Shown piece after piece: positions 51,011 through 61,407 of a DNA stretch of 64,000 nucleotides. Every line of letters begins with the position of its first letter. The stretch's first letter is position 1. This DNA is from Nitrobacter sp. 62-23 (GTDB taxonomy: Bacteria > Pseudomonadota > Alphaproteobacteria > Rhizobiales > Xanthobacteraceae): assembly GCF_001897285.1 (NCBI RefSeq), contig NZ_MKSM01000123.1:12675-76674 (forward strand). The letters run 5' to 3'. Both the position numbers and the translations under genes were made by a program. The notes below the pieces were generated by a model. The model had not been told where the DNA came from and ran no database searches. It saw nothing but the letters and a program-made list of their open reading frames with translations.

Positions 51011-51787
51011 ATGTTCAAGGTCCGTGTCATACCCTGCCTCGACGTGAAGGATGGCCGCGTCGTCAAGGGCGTCAACTTCGTGGATCTGCGCGATGCCGGC
51101 GACCCGGTTGAAGCCGCCATCGCCTACGATGCCGCCGGTGCCGACGAACTCACCTTTCTCGACATCACCGCGACGCACGAGAATCGCGGTATCATGCTGG
51201 ATGTGGTCCGGCGCACGGCGGAAGCCTGCTTCATGCCGGTGACGGTCGGCGGCGGCGTTCGCACCATCGATGACATCCGTGTCTTGCTGCGCTCCGGCGC
51301 GGACAAGGTCTCGATCAACAGCGCGGCGGTGAGCCGGCGCGACTTCGTCAGGGAAGCCGCGGAAAAGTTCGGCGACCAGTGCATTGTGGTCGCGATCGAC
51401 GCCAAGCGGGTGTCGAAAGCCGGCGGCTCGGACCGCTGGGAAATCTTCACCCATGGCGGCCGAAAATCCACCGGCATCGACGCGATCGAATATGCCCAGG
51501 AGGTGGTGTCGCTCGGCGCCGGCGAGATCCTGCTGACCTCGATGGATCGCGACGGCACCCGTCAGGGCTTCGATCTGCCGCTGACGCGTTTGGTGGCCGA
51601 CAGCGTTTCGGTGCCGGTGATCGCGTCCGGCGGCGTGGGTCATCTCGATCACCTGGTCGAGGGGATTCGCGAAGGCCATGCGACGGCGGTGCTTGCCGCG
51701 TCGATCTTTCACTTCGGGGAATTTACCATTCGCCAAGCCAAGGATCATATGGCCCGCGCCGGGTTGCCGATGCGGCTCGATCCCTGA
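51011..51787 (+). CDS. hisF: IGP synthase cyclase subunit
   Basis: [46 protein letters not shown]. Confidence 0.97.
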   Translation: MFKVRVIPCLDVKDGRVVKGVNFVDLRDAGDPVEAAIAYDAAGADELTFLDITATHENRGIMLDVVRRTAEACFMPVTVGGGVRTIDDIRVLLRSGADKVSINSAAVSRRDFVREAAEKFGDQCIVVAIDAKRVSKAGGSDRWEIFTHGGRKSTGIDAIEYAQEVVSLGAGEILLTSMDRDGTRQGFDLPLTRLVADSVSVPVIASGGVGHLDHLVEGIREGHATAVLAASIFHFGEFTIRQAKDHMARAGLPMRLDP

Positions 51788-51866
51788 CGACTCCGCTTCG
51801 CGGAAGTGCTAAACATTCAAAAATTTGCGCGTTCCGCATGATCGGCGCCAGGACAAGCAGAGTAGC

Positions 51867-52190
51867 ATGCCGCGTTTCACGATTCATGATCTTGCCGCCA
51901 CCATCGACGCCCGGGCTGTATCCGGCGGCGAGGTATCCTATACGCGAAAGCTGCTCGACAAAGGTCCTGAGCATTGCGCCAAAAAGTTTGGCGAGGAAGC
52001 CGTCGAGACGGTGATCGCTGCGGTGGAGAACGACCGGAATCACCTGATCGCCGAAGGCGCCGACGTGATGTTTCACTTCCTTGTACTGTTGAAAGCCCGC
52101 GGCGTGAAGTTCCAGGATATCGAAGATGCCCTGGCGCAGCGCACGACGATGTCGGGACTCGAAGAGAAGGCTGCGCGCAATCGCGAGTAG
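51867..52190 (+). CDS. hisE: Phosphoribosyl-ATP pyrophosphatase
   Basis: [31 protein letters not shown]. Confidence 0.93.
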   Translation: MPRFTIHDLAATIDARAVSGGEVSYTRKLLDKGPEHCAKKFGEEAVETVIAAVENDRNHLIAEGADVMFHFLVLLKARGVKFQDIEDALAQRTTMSGLEEKAARNRE

Positions 52191-52206
52191 CCGGAGGGCG
52201 AGCTTG

Positions 52207-53163
52207 ATGGATTCGCGGCCAGAGCAGCAGCAGTATAATCCGTACCGGATTTTCTCCCGCGCCGAGTGGGCGAAGCTCCGGCACGACATGCCGATGACGC
52301 TGGGCGCGAATGAAATCGCGGCATTGCGCTCGATGCATGACCGCCTCGATCTCATGGAAGTCGAGGAGATCTATCTGCCGTTGTCCAGGCTGTTGTCGAT
52401 CTATGTCGCGTCGATGCAGCGGCTCTTCGTCGCCCAGCGCCAGTTTCTCGGCATCCACGATCGCAAGGTGCCGTATATCATCGGTGTGGCGGGATCGGTC
52501 GCGGTCGGGAAATCGACCACGGCCCGCGTGCTGCAGGCGCTGCTGGCGCGATGGTCGCCGCGCCCCAAGGTCGAACTCGTCACCACCGATGGATTTCTGT
52601 TTCCGAACGCGGTGCTCGAGCGACACGGCCTGATGCAGAAAAAGGGTTTTCCGGAGAGTTACGATTTGCCGCTATTGCTGGGGTTTCTCAGCGACGTCAA
52701 GGCGGGCCGCACGCCGGTGCGCGCGCCGGTTTACTCGCACCTGACCTACGACATCGTGCCCGATAGCTGGAACGAGGTCAGTCAGCCCGACATCCTGATC
52801 GTCGAAGGCGTCAATGTGCTGCAGACCGGCCCGCTGCCGCGCGACGGCAGGGCCGTTCCGGTTGTCTCCGATTTCTTCGATTTCTCGGTCTATCTCGACG
52901 CCGAGGAACCGGTGCTGCGGGACTGGTATGTGAAGCGTTTCCTGGCGCTGCGGGACACCGCCTTCCATGACCCGCGATCCTACTTTCATCGCTACGCGCT
53001 GCTGTCGGACGAGGAGGCCACCGCCACGGCCATCGCGATCTGGGAGCGCACCAATCGCGCCAATCTCGAGGACAACATTTTGCCGACACGGCCGCGGGCC
53101 ACCCTGATTCTCAAGAAGGGAGCGGACCACGTCGTCGAGCAGGTCGCGTTGAGGCGGCTTTAG
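52207..53163 (+). CDS. coaA: Type I pantothenate kinase
   Basis: [43 protein letters not shown]. Confidence 0.96.
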   Translation: MDSRPEQQQYNPYRIFSRAEWAKLRHDMPMTLGANEIAALRSMHDRLDLMEVEEIYLPLSRLLSIYVASMQRLFVAQRQFLGIHDRKVPYIIGVAGSVAVGKSTTARVLQALLARWSPRPKVELVTTDGFLFPNAVLERHGLMQKKGFPESYDLPLLLGFLSDVKAGRTPVRAPVYSHLTYDIVPDSWNEVSQPDILIVEGVNVLQTGPLPRDGRAVPVVSDFFDFSVYLDAEEPVLRDWYVKRFLALRDTAFHDPRSYFHRYALLSDEEATATAIAIWERTNRANLEDNILPTRPRATLILKKGADHVVEQVALRRL

Positions 53164-53400
53164 AGTCTTTCACCTTGTCATGGAAACGGTGAAAGATTCC
53201 AGATCCTTGATTTGACGCGTTTTCTTCACGCGAACCGGTATCCACTTCGCTCGAAAACGCTATAGAGCATTTTCCGGCGAAGTGGATACCGGTTCGCCGT
53301 GAGAAAATGCGAAGATTTTCAGAGCATGATCCCGAAAAGCCTGCCGGACTTGATCCCGGGTGGAACGGTTTCCGGACGGGAGCATGCTCAATCAAACAGG
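53161..53400. mobile_element. Four-module mini-element chain; first TAG is the coaA stop
   Basis: tagagtctttcac hairpin, ttgatttgacgcg...gaaaacgcta, tagagcattttcc, cagagcatgatcc...gcatgctc. Confidence 0.8.
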
Positions 53401-55677
53401 GCCGGATTCCACAGCGTTGAATTCAGACTTTGCCGCGACGTGACGCGCCGCCAGTTTTGCGAGCGCGTCGGCCAGCTTGTCCTGATCGAGCGGCTTGACC
53501 AGAAAGCCATCCATGCCTGCCTCCAGACAGGCATGGCGATCGTCTGTCAGCGTATTGGCCGTCAACGCCAGAATGGCGGTGCGGCGGAGGTGACCACCGG
53601 CTTCCTGTTCACGGATTTTCCGGGTGGCCTCGATGCCATCGAGCTTCGGCATCTGGACGTCCATCAGCACGAGGTCATAGGGCCTATTCGCGGTTTCGGC
53701 GGCGACCCACGATACAAGCGCTTCCTCGCCGTCTGCGGCGACGGTCACGTCATGCCCGAGCCGGGCCAGGAGCGAGCATATCAATAGCGCATTGATCTCG
53801 TTGTCCTCCGCCACGAGGATGGAAAGGCTTTGCGCAGGGGCCGGGGCCGGCGCCCCGCACGCTTCGATCGTCGCGCCATCCGGGCCGGTCATCCGCTGCG
53901 CGGTGGAGCCGTCGACCGGCGCCGTCAACCGCGCTGCGATCGACGCGGTTCGCAGGGGCTTGACCAGATAGCCCGTGAACGCGGCCGCGCCGGGAGCCTG
54001 AAGATCGTGCCTTGTCGAGGGCGTGACCAGGATGATCCGCCGCGCTGCGTGCTGGCAGGCGGCCTGACCGAACCGCCAGACATCCTCCGCGCCCATGGCA
54101 TGATCGACGAATACGGTGTGCCACGGCCGCTCGGCAAGCCGCGCTTGGGCAGCGGCGATATCCGATGCCATGCAGGTCTCGGCGCCCCATCGCTCCAGCC
54201 GCCGGGCCAACAGTGATGCCTCGATCGCATGGGGGGTTACCAGCAGGATCGCTTGGCCTGTGAGGGCCGGCGGGGAAAACGGCTTTCGCTCGGAGACGCC
54301 GTCATGAGCGGCGAGGGGTATCGACACCTCGAACGCCGAGCCGGCCCCCGGCCTGCTGTCAACCGCGATGCGCCCGCCCATCCGCTTGACGATGCGATCG
54401 CTGATACTCAGTCCCAGGCCCGTGCCGCCATAGTTCCGCGCGATCTGTTCGTCGGCCTGCTCGAATTCGCGGAAAATTCGCGCCTGCGCATCCGCCGTTA
54501 TGCCGATTCCGGTGTCCTGAACCAAAAAGCGGGTATCACCCGGTTGCCTGCCGGGCTCGACGATCAGCGCGACGCCGCCGGATGGCGTGAACTTGATGGC
54601 GTTTCCCGCAAGATTGAGCAGAACCTGGCGCAATCGCGCCGCGTCTCCGATCACTTCGATCGGCAGCCGGTCGTCGATAAAGGCTGCGATTTCGAGTTGC
54701 CGCGCGTGCGCACGCGGCGCCAGCAGTTCGGTGATATCCTCGATCAGGTCGGGCAGGACGAAAGGACGGTTTTCAAGCTCGATCTTGCCGGCTTCGATCT
54801 TGGAATAGTCCAGCAGTTCCTCGATCAACGACAGCAGTGCGTCGCCGGAAGTCTTGACCGCGCTGGCGTATGTTGCCTGCTCAGGCGTGAGCTGGGTGTC
54901 GAGCAACAGTCCGCTCATGCCGATGATGCCGTTCAGCGGGGTGCGAAACTCATGCGAGGTCATCGCCAGGAAACGCGATTTGGCCCGGTTGGCCGCGTTC
55001 GCGTGATCGCGCGCTTCAGCGAGCGCGCGCTCCGTCTCCATGCGGCTGGTGACATCGCGGCCGACGCATTGCAGTTCCGCCGGGTGATTGGCGTCGATCC
55101 GCACCAGGCCTTCGCGCCATGCGATCCAGCGCGGTCCGAGCGCCGTTTCGACGCGCTGATCGTGGATGCGCGTGCCGTTCGTTTCAAGCGCACTCTCACC
55201 CTGTTCAAGAACGGGGAGCGCGAACCGGCTGCCGAGCAACTCGGTTCTCGAGCGCCGGGCGAGGGCGCAATAGGCATCGTTCACCGAGGTAATAACGCCC
55301 CCCGCGTCACGCAGGACGATCAAGTCGCCTTGCGATTCGAACAGGCTGCGTGCTCGTTCCTCGGCTTCCTTCAACTCCCAGTTCCGGTCCGCGAGCGCCT
55401 CATTGTGAAGAGCCACCTTGCGAAGCTTCCTGCGCATCCAGCGCAGACGCATGCTCAGGATCGCCAGCGCGACGCAAGCCAGCGCGAAAAGGAGGCTTAC
55501 GCCGATTGCAAAGGTGTTCGGGTCGTAATCGGCGCTTTTGCTTCCGGTGATGAAGCCGTAGGCGCCTCCGAACGCGATCGAGAAAGTCGTAAAGGTCCGA
55601 AAGACAAAACTCAGGCGGGGATGTCGTCGGACCAGCCGGCGCAGCCGCGCCCTGAGCCAGAACAGTCGCGCCATCAT
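53392..55677 (-). CDS. Membrane PAS hybrid histidine kinase with pseudo-REC and REC
   Basis: SHEFRTPLNG H-box, NLAGNAIKFT, DTGIGI, GTGLGL; REC2 VAEDN/LMDVQMP/VKP. Confidence 0.9.
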   Translation of the reverse strand: MMARLFWLRARLRRLVRRHPRLSFVFRTFTTFSIAFGGAYGFITGSKSADYDPNTFAIGVSLLFALACVALAILSMRLRWMRRKLRKVALHNEALADRNWELKEAEERARSLFESQGDLIVLRDAGGVITSVNDAYCALARRSRTELLGSRFALPVLEQGESALETNGTRIHDQRVETALGPRWIAWREGLVRIDANHPAELQCVGRDVTSRMETERALAEARDHANAANRAKSRFLAMTSHEFRTPLNGIIGMSGLLLDTQLTPEQATYASAVKTSGDALLSLIEELLDYSKIEAGKIELENRPFVLPDLIEDITELLAPRAHARQLEIAAFIDDRLPIEVIGDAARLRQVLLNLAGNAIKFTPSGGVALIVEPGRQPGDTRFLVQDTGIGITADAQARIFREFEQADEQIARNYGGTGLGLSISDRIVKRMGGRIAVDSRPGAGSAFEVSIPLAAHDGVSERKPFSPPALTGQAILLVTPHAIEASLLARRLERWGAETCMASDIAAAQARLAERPWHTVFVDHAMGAEDVWRFGQAACQHAARRIILVTPSTRHDLQAPGAAAFTGYLVKPLRTASIAARLTAPVDGSTAQRMTGPDGATIEACGAPAPAPAQSLSILVAEDNEINALLICSLLARLGHDVTVAADGEEALVSWVAAETANRPYDLVLMDVQMPKLDGIEATRKIREQEAGGHLRRTAILALTANTLTDDRHACLEAGMDGFLVKPLDQDKLADALAKLAARHVAAKSEFNAVESGPV

Positions 55678-55830
55678 CAACCACCTAAAGTTCGTCGTGC
55701 GCCCGGCACATTCCGTCAGAGGGCGGAATGTCGTCGGCAGGAGCACTGCGATGTGCTCGCCGCAGAATGGGAAAACGACGTTGCGAAGTGTTTGAGGGAC
55801 CGCGCGTAAATCCTGTCGGATGCGAACAGG

Positions 55831-55846
55831 GTTAAGGATGTCTTAA
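55831..55846 (-). promoter_or_regulatory. CtrA box
   Basis: Minus strand TTAA-GACATCC-TTAAC upstream of the kinase. Confidence 0.75.
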
Positions 55847-55908
55847 GCGGCGTTTTCACGGCAAAGCCGCTCTGAGGCTGATCGTTCGCGGATGTCAACG
55901 AGTGCCGG

Positions 55909-57447
55909 TCAGGCCGCGCGCCTGATGTCCTCCGCAAGCGCGCGATAGGACAGCGCCTCGGCGAGGTGCAGCCTGCCGATCTTGCCGGCGCCGTCGAGAT
56001 CGGCGAGCGTGCGGGCGACCCGCAGCACCCGGTGATAGCCGCGCGCCGACAGACGCATGCTTTCGGCGGCCTCGCGCAGCAGCTTCAGCCCCTGTGCATC
56101 CGGCTGCGCGATTTCTTCCAGCGCGGCGGCCGGCGCTTCGGCGTTGGTGCGGACGTTCGGGAGTCCAAGCGCGGCATAGCGCGCCGCCTGAATGTCGCGG
56201 GCCACGGCGACACGGGCGGCGACTTCGGCCGACCCTTCCGAGGCGGGCGGCAGAATGAGGTCGGAGGCGGTGACGGCCGGGACCTCGATGCGCAGATCGA
56301 TCCGGTCCAGCAGGGGCCCGGAAATGCGCATCTGGTAGTCGGCAGTACAGCGGTCGATGCGGCCGCGCTTGCAGGCGTAACCGGGCTCGAAGGCATGGCC
56401 GCAGCGGCATGGATTCATCGCTGCCACCATCATGAACCGCGCGGGATAGGTCACGCGATGGTTAGCGCGGGAGACCGCGATCTCGCCATTCTCCAGCGGT
56501 TGCCGCAGCGAATCCAGCACGCGCGGATCGAACTCCGGCAATTCATCGAGAAACAGCACGCCATGATGCGCGAGCGAGATCTCGCCGGGCTTGGCGCGCG
56601 TGCCGCCACCCGTCAGCGCGGCCATGCTGGCGGAATGATGCGGGGCGCGAAACGGCCGCCGCGCGGTGAGCGCTCCGCCGTCGATTTCGCCGGCGACGGA
56701 CGCGATCATCGACACTTCCAGCAGTTCAGCCGGCGACAGCGGCGGAAGGATCGAGGGCAGGCGCGCCGCGAGCATCGATTTGCCGCTGCCCGGGGAGCCG
56801 ACCATCAGGAGATGGTGCCCGCCGGCGGCCGCGATTTCGAGCGCACGCTTGGCGCTCTCCTGGCCCTTGATGTCGCGAAGGTCGAGAGCAACACGTTGAG
56901 TTTCGCGAATCCGGGGCTGTGGCCGTGACAGAACCTGGGTTCCCTTGAAATGGTTTGCGATCTGAATCAGCGAACTCGCGGCGATGATCTGGATGTCCGG
57001 GCTCGCCCAGGCCGCCTCCGCGCCGCAGGCTGCGGGACAGATCAGCCCCTCGTCGCGGCTGTTCGCGCCGATCGCGGCGGGAAGACCCCCGGCCACCGCC
57101 GCAATGGAGCCGTCCAGGCCGAGTTCGCCGAGCACCGAAAATCCCGACAGCGCGTCGGAGGGAATGGCGCCGATCGCCGCCATCAGGCCGAGCGCGATCG
57201 GCAGATCGTAGTGGCTGCCTTCCTTCGGCAGGTCGGCGGGGGCGAGATTGACGGTGATTCGTCGGGCCGGCAGCGCCAGACCCGAGGCGATCAGGGCGGC
57301 CCGCACCCGCTCGCGCGCCTCCGAAACCGCCTTGTCCGGCAGGCCGACTATGTTGAAGGCGGGCAGACCCGGCGCGACCTGCACCTGCACGTCGACGGCG
57401 CGCGCCTCGATGCCTTCAAATGCGACGGTGGATACCCGCTGAACCAT
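55909..57447 (-). CDS. YifB/ComM Mg-chelatase-like AAA+ ATPase
   Basis: VGLPDKAVSEARER, NLAPADLPKEGSHYDL, GSPGSGKS, FLDELPEF, RVARTLADL. Confidence 0.93.
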   Translation of the reverse strand: MVQRVSTVAFEGIEARAVDVQVQVAPGLPAFNIVGLPDKAVSEARERVRAALIASGLALPARRITVNLAPADLPKEGSHYDLPIALGLMAAIGAIPSDALSGFSVLGELGLDGSIAAVAGGLPAAIGANSRDEGLICPAACGAEAAWASPDIQIIAASSLIQIANHFKGTQVLSRPQPRIRETQRVALDLRDIKGQESAKRALEIAAAGGHHLLMVGSPGSGKSMLAARLPSILPPLSPAELLEVSMIASVAGEIDGGALTARRPFRAPHHSASMAALTGGGTRAKPGEISLAHHGVLFLDELPEFDPRVLDSLRQPLENGEIAVSRANHRVTYPARFMMVAAMNPCRCGHAFEPGYACKRGRIDRCTADYQMRISGPLLDRIDLRIEVPAVTASDLILPPASEGSAEVAARVAVARDIQAARYAALGLPNVRTNAEAPAAALEEIAQPDAQGLKLLREAAESMRLSARGYHRVLRVARTLADLDGAGKIGRLHLAEALSYRALAEDIRRAA

Positions 57448-57500
57448 GGCCGCGCCCCCTGTGCCATCGCGAGACTAGCTTACAACCCCCCCGAGCACAA

Positions 57501-57515
57501 GAACATTGAGAGAAC
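57501..57515. promoter_or_regulatory. Alphaproteobacterial LexA (SOS) box
   Basis: GAAC-ATTGAGA-GAAC upstream of yifB/comM. Confidence 0.75.
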
Positions 57516-57602
57516 AAAGTTCCGGGGCGTTTCTGATCATGGTCTCATCCCGGAATAGGCCTCCGCCATGCGCTGGCGCGTCATTCCGGTTCGGACCATG
57601 TT

Positions 57603-58544
57603 CTATGAACGTTTCGCCTCGATCCGGTCCCAGATTTTCGCGGCGATGTCGGGGCCGCCGAACGCGGCGATGGCGCGAATGCCGGTGGGTGAGGTGACGT
57701 TGATCTCGGTGAGATTGCCGTCGATGACGTCGATGCCGACGAACAGCAGCCCGCGCTCACGCAGCGAGGGGCCGATGCGCTCGCAGATCTCGCGCTCGCG
57801 GGGCGTCAGGTCGGTGGCTCTGGCGGCGCCGCCGCGAACCATGTTGGAGCGCAGATCATCCGCGGCCGGCACGCGATTGATGGCGCCGGCGAATTCGCCG
57901 TCCACGAGGATGATGCGCTTGTCGCCCTGTTTGACCTCCGGCAGGAAACGCTGGATCACCCATGGCTCGCGGAACGTCACCGAGAACATGTCGAACAGCG
58001 ACCCGAAATTCATGTCCTGCGGCATCACGCGAAACACCGCAGCTCCGCCGTGACCATGCAGCGGTTTCATCACCACCGCGCCGTGCTCGGCGCGAAACGA
58101 ATTGATCTCGTCGAGATCGCGCGAGATCAATGTCGGCGGCATCAGTTCGGGAAAATCCATCACGAACAGCTTTTCCGGCGCGTCGCGCACGCTCGCGGGA
58201 TCGTTCACCACCAGCGTCTTCGGATGGATGCGCTCGAGCAGATGAGTGCTCGTGATGTAAGCGAGATCGAACGGCGGATCCTGCCGCAGCAGCACGACGT
58301 CGAACGATTCCATATGCGTGCGCGTCGCATCGCCGAGTGTAAAATGATCGTTGTCCTGATCGCGCACGGTCAGCGGCTGGACCGGCGCAACCACGTCCTT
58401 GCTGCGCAGGGACAGCTTGTCCGGCGTGTAATACGAGAGCGTGTGGCCGCGTCTCTGCGCCTCCAGCAACAGCGCGAATGTCGAATCGCCGCGCACGTTG
58501 ATGCGCGCGATGGGATCCATCTGAACGGCGACGTTCAATTTCAT
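57603..58544 (-). CDS. gshB: Glutathione synthetase
   Basis: [46 protein letters not shown]. Confidence 0.96.
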   Translation of the reverse strand: MKLNVAVQMDPIARINVRGDSTFALLLEAQRRGHTLSYYTPDKLSLRSKDVVAPVQPLTVRDQDNDHFTLGDATRTHMESFDVVLLRQDPPFDLAYITSTHLLERIHPKTLVVNDPASVRDAPEKLFVMDFPELMPPTLISRDLDEINSFRAEHGAVVMKPLHGHGGAAVFRVMPQDMNFGSLFDMFSVTFREPWVIQRFLPEVKQGDKRIILVDGEFAGAINRVPAADDLRSNMVRGGAARATDLTPREREICERIGPSLRERGLLFVGIDVIDGNLTEINVTSPTGIRAIAAFGGPDIAAKIWDRIEAKRS

Positions 58545-58590
58545 GGTGCTCGTCCGTTGATTTCAACCGGAGACGCGTAAGCTCCTCAGG

Positions 58591-58998
58591 CTATGTACTG
58601 GCGTCGAATGCACCTGGCAAATGGCGCGGCAACCGTCGCGGCGCAATCAGCATGGCGTCGAAACGAAGCTCGAAAGCTGCATGTTCGGGATGCGCCATCA
58701 GCCAGCCCTGGGCGGCGGCGATGATTCGAAGTTGTTGCCGCGGCGTCACCGCATAGGCGGCTTCATCGAGGCTGCGGCGGGCCTTGACCTCGACGAAGGC
58801 GAGAAGCTGTCGCCGCCGCGCCACGATGTCGATCTCGCCATGCGGCGTGCGAAACCGTCGCGCCAGAATCCGGTAGCCTTTGGCGATCAGAAAAGCGGCG
58901 GCGCGATTCTCCGCCGAAAGGCCCGTATGGAAGGCCGCGACCCGCTCCGGCGCTGCCGTCTTCGCGCGGTCGAGGGAATCGTCCCTACCTGCGGTCAT
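58591..58998 (-). CDS. YraN family protein (start uncertain)
   Basis: [28 protein letters not shown]. Confidence 0.9.
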   Translation of the reverse strand: MTAGRDDSLDRAKTAAPERVAAFHTGLSAENRAAAFLIAKGYRILARRFRTPHGEIDIVARRRQLLAFVEVKARRSLDEAAYAVTPRQQLRIIAAAQGWLMAHPEHAAFELRFDAMLIAPRRLPRHLPGAFDAST

Positions 58999-59938
58999 TG
59001 GCGCCCCTGGCCCGGCCTTGTCCGGCGAGTTCAAGCGCGCGGGCATAGACTTCGCGACGCGGGCGGCCCGACATTTCGACTGCCCGCGCGACGCTGTCCT
59101 TGACGCTGCTTTGCTTCAGCGAAGTCAGCAGCAGTTCGTCCAGGTCTTCGGATGACATCATGCCCGCGTCAGCCGGAGGCGGGCCGACCACCAGCACAAA
59201 TTCGCCCCGCGTTTCCAGCGCGTCTGCGGCGTCTGCGAGTTCTCCGAGGGGTGCGCGGCGGATGTCCTCGTGCAGCTTCGTCAGTTCGCGACAGATCGCG
59301 GCGTCGCGATGTCCGAGCATGGTTGCGAGATCGCGCAAGGATTCCCGGATGCGGCTGCCGGATTCAAACATGACCAGCGTGGCGTCGATCCTTGCAAGTT
59401 CGGCAAGGCGCGTACGGCGCGCGGCCTCCTTTGCCGGCAAAAATCCGTCGAAGTAGAACCGGTCCGTCGGCAGCGCGGCGACTGCGAGCGCGGCCAGCAC
59501 GGACGATGGTCCGGGCAACGCAACGACCCGATGGCCCGCGGCGGAGACCTCGCGGACCAGCTTGAATCCGGGGTCGGAAATCAGCGGCGTTCCGGCATCG
59601 GAGACCAGCGCGATCGAGGCTCCAGCCGCAAGCTGCTCCAGAATTTTCGGACGGGCGGCCGCAGCGTTATGGTCGTGATACGGCTTGAGTACGGCTGTGA
59701 TCGCGAAGCGTTCGGTGAGACGACGCGTGATGCGGGTGTCCTCGCATGCGATGATATCGACGCCGGCGAGCGTCTCCAGTGCCCGCAGGGTGATGTCGCC
59801 GAGATTTCCGATCGGCGTAGCGACCAGATGAAGACCCGGCGCAACCTTCGGTGCGACCAGTTGACGACCCGCGATAGAAAAGGTCCGGATACCGGGAGTT
59901 TCGGCGTCCGGTTTCAGCGGGGCTGATTTTGCGCGCAT
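58985..59938 (-). CDS. rsmI: 16S rRNA C1402 2'-O-methyltransferase
   Basis: [43 protein letters not shown]. Confidence 0.95.
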   Translation of the reverse strand: MRAKSAPLKPDAETPGIRTFSIAGRQLVAPKVAPGLHLVATPIGNLGDITLRALETLAGVDIIACEDTRITRRLTERFAITAVLKPYHDHNAAAARPKILEQLAAGASIALVSDAGTPLISDPGFKLVREVSAAGHRVVALPGPSSVLAALAVAALPTDRFYFDGFLPAKEAARRTRLAELARIDATLVMFESGSRIRESLRDLATMLGHRDAAICRELTKLHEDIRRAPLGELADAADALETRGEFVLVVGPPPADAGMMSSEDLDELLLTSLKQSSVKDSVARAVEMSGRPRREVYARALELAGQGRARGANDRR

Positions 59939-59947
59939 GGCGCTGCA

Positions 59948-59996
59948 CTCTATAGCGTTTTGGAGCGAAGTGGATACCGGTTCGCGGCCGGAAAAC
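59948..59996 (+). mobile_element. Truncated TAG-bounded mini-element
   Basis: ctatagcgttttggagcgaagtggataccggttcgc..ggaaaac. Confidence 0.65.
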
Positions 59997-60168
59997 CCCT
60001 CCGGTCCGGTGATTTCGGCTGGTTCCGCCCGTCCACAAGGTTGGGTACGATGTCAAGTCGAGGCGGGACACGGTCCCTGTGTTCGGGTAACTATTCGTCC
60101 GCAATATGCCTGATTCCCTCGGGAGATTGCGCTGGGCCTGCGCGGACGGGTTCATGGCAAGGATAATA

Positions 60169-61365
60169 ATGGCGGACCCGTTCAAATCGAAACCTGAACG
60201 TCCGGGCATGACCCGCCGGGCGGCGTTGGGTTTTGTCATTGGCGCGCCCTTGCTCGGAGCCTGCTCGGGCGTCCAGCAATCGCTGATCGGTTCGTCCACC
60301 CAGCCGTCGACGGCCACGCCGGCTCGGCAGGGCGTCACGATCGGAACGGGCCAGGTCAAGGTGGGACTGGTCCTCCCGTTGTCGGCTGCGGGCAATGCCA
60401 GCATCGCGGCGCAGTCGATGAAGAATGCCGCCGAAATGGCGCTGGCTGAGTTTCAGAACCCGAATATCCAGTTGCTGGTCAAGGACGATGCCGGTTCGGC
60501 GCAAGGCGCGCAGCAGGGCGCGCAACAGGCCCTTGATGACGGCGCCGAAATCATCCTCGGTCCGCTGTTTGCTGCGTCCGTTCCGGCGACCGCGCAGGCG
60601 GCGCGCACGCGCGGCATTCCGGTGATTGCGTTCTCGACCGATTCAAGCGTTGCGGGCCGGGGCGTCTATCTCCTGAGCTTTCTTCCTGAGTCCGATGTGA
60701 ACCGGATCGTCGAATATGCCGCAAGCGTCGGAAAGCGCTCGTTTGCCGCCATGGTGCCCGAAAACGCCTACGGCAACGTGGTTGAGGTCGCCTTCAAGCA
60801 GACGGTCGGGCGGCACGGCGGGCGGATCGTCGCATTCGAGAAATACGGCGCGGATCGTGCCGGCGCGGCGAAGAATGTGGCGCAGTCGCTTCGCTCGGCC
60901 GATGCGCTGCTTATCGCCGATGACGGCGATGCGGTGGTCTCAGTTGCGGATGCGCTCACGGCGGCCGGCGCCAACCTGCGCAACGTCCAGCTTCTCGGCA
61001 CCGGCCTGTGGGACAACCCACGCGTCTTCGCCAGCGCCGCGCTGCAAGGCGGTCTCTACGCCGCTCCCGACCCGTCCGGCTTCCGCGCCTTCGCGGGCCG
61101 TTACCGCGCCAAATTCGGCGGCGAGCCGGTGCGCACGGCGACCCTTGCCTATGATGCGGTGGCGCTGGTCGCGGCTCTCGCCCGCACCCAGGGGCCGCAG
61201 CGCTTCGCGGCGGAGACGCTGACAAACCCGTCCGGTTTTGCTGGCATCGACGGCCTGTTTCGATTTCGTTCGGACGGCACCAACCAGCGGGGCCTCGCCG
61301 TCATGCGTGTCGCGTCCGGTGGTGGCCAGGCGGTTGCCGGATCGCCCAAGAGCTTTGGCGCCTGA
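60169..61365 (+). CDS. LppC-like penicillin-binding protein activator / periplasmic binding lipoprotein
   Basis: LLGACS lipobox-like, LVLPLS, ILGPLFA, LAYDAVALV, FAGIDGLFRF. Confidence 0.8.
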   Translation: MADPFKSKPERPGMTRRAALGFVIGAPLLGACSGVQQSLIGSSTQPSTATPARQGVTIGTGQVKVGLVLPLSAAGNASIAAQSMKNAAEMALAEFQNPNIQLLVKDDAGSAQGAQQGAQQALDDGAEIILGPLFAASVPATAQAARTRGIPVIAFSTDSSVAGRGVYLLSFLPESDVNRIVEYAASVGKRSFAAMVPENAYGNVVEVAFKQTVGRHGGRIVAFEKYGADRAGAAKNVAQSLRSADALLIADDGDAVVSVADALTAAGANLRNVQLLGTGLWDNPRVFASAALQGGLYAAPDPSGFRAFAGRYRAKFGGEPVRTATLAYDAVALVAALARTQGPQRFAAETLTNPSGFAGIDGLFRFRSDGTNQRGLAVMRVASGGGQAVAGSPKSFGA

Positions 61366-61402
61366 TCCCTTGGTGGCACCCTTGGCGGCATCCCTTGGTG
61401 GC
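61365..61402. repeat. 12-13-bp tandem repeat x3
   Basis: atcccttggtggc, acccttggcggc, atcccttggtggc. Confidence 0.8.
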
Positions 61403-61407
61403 CGGAA

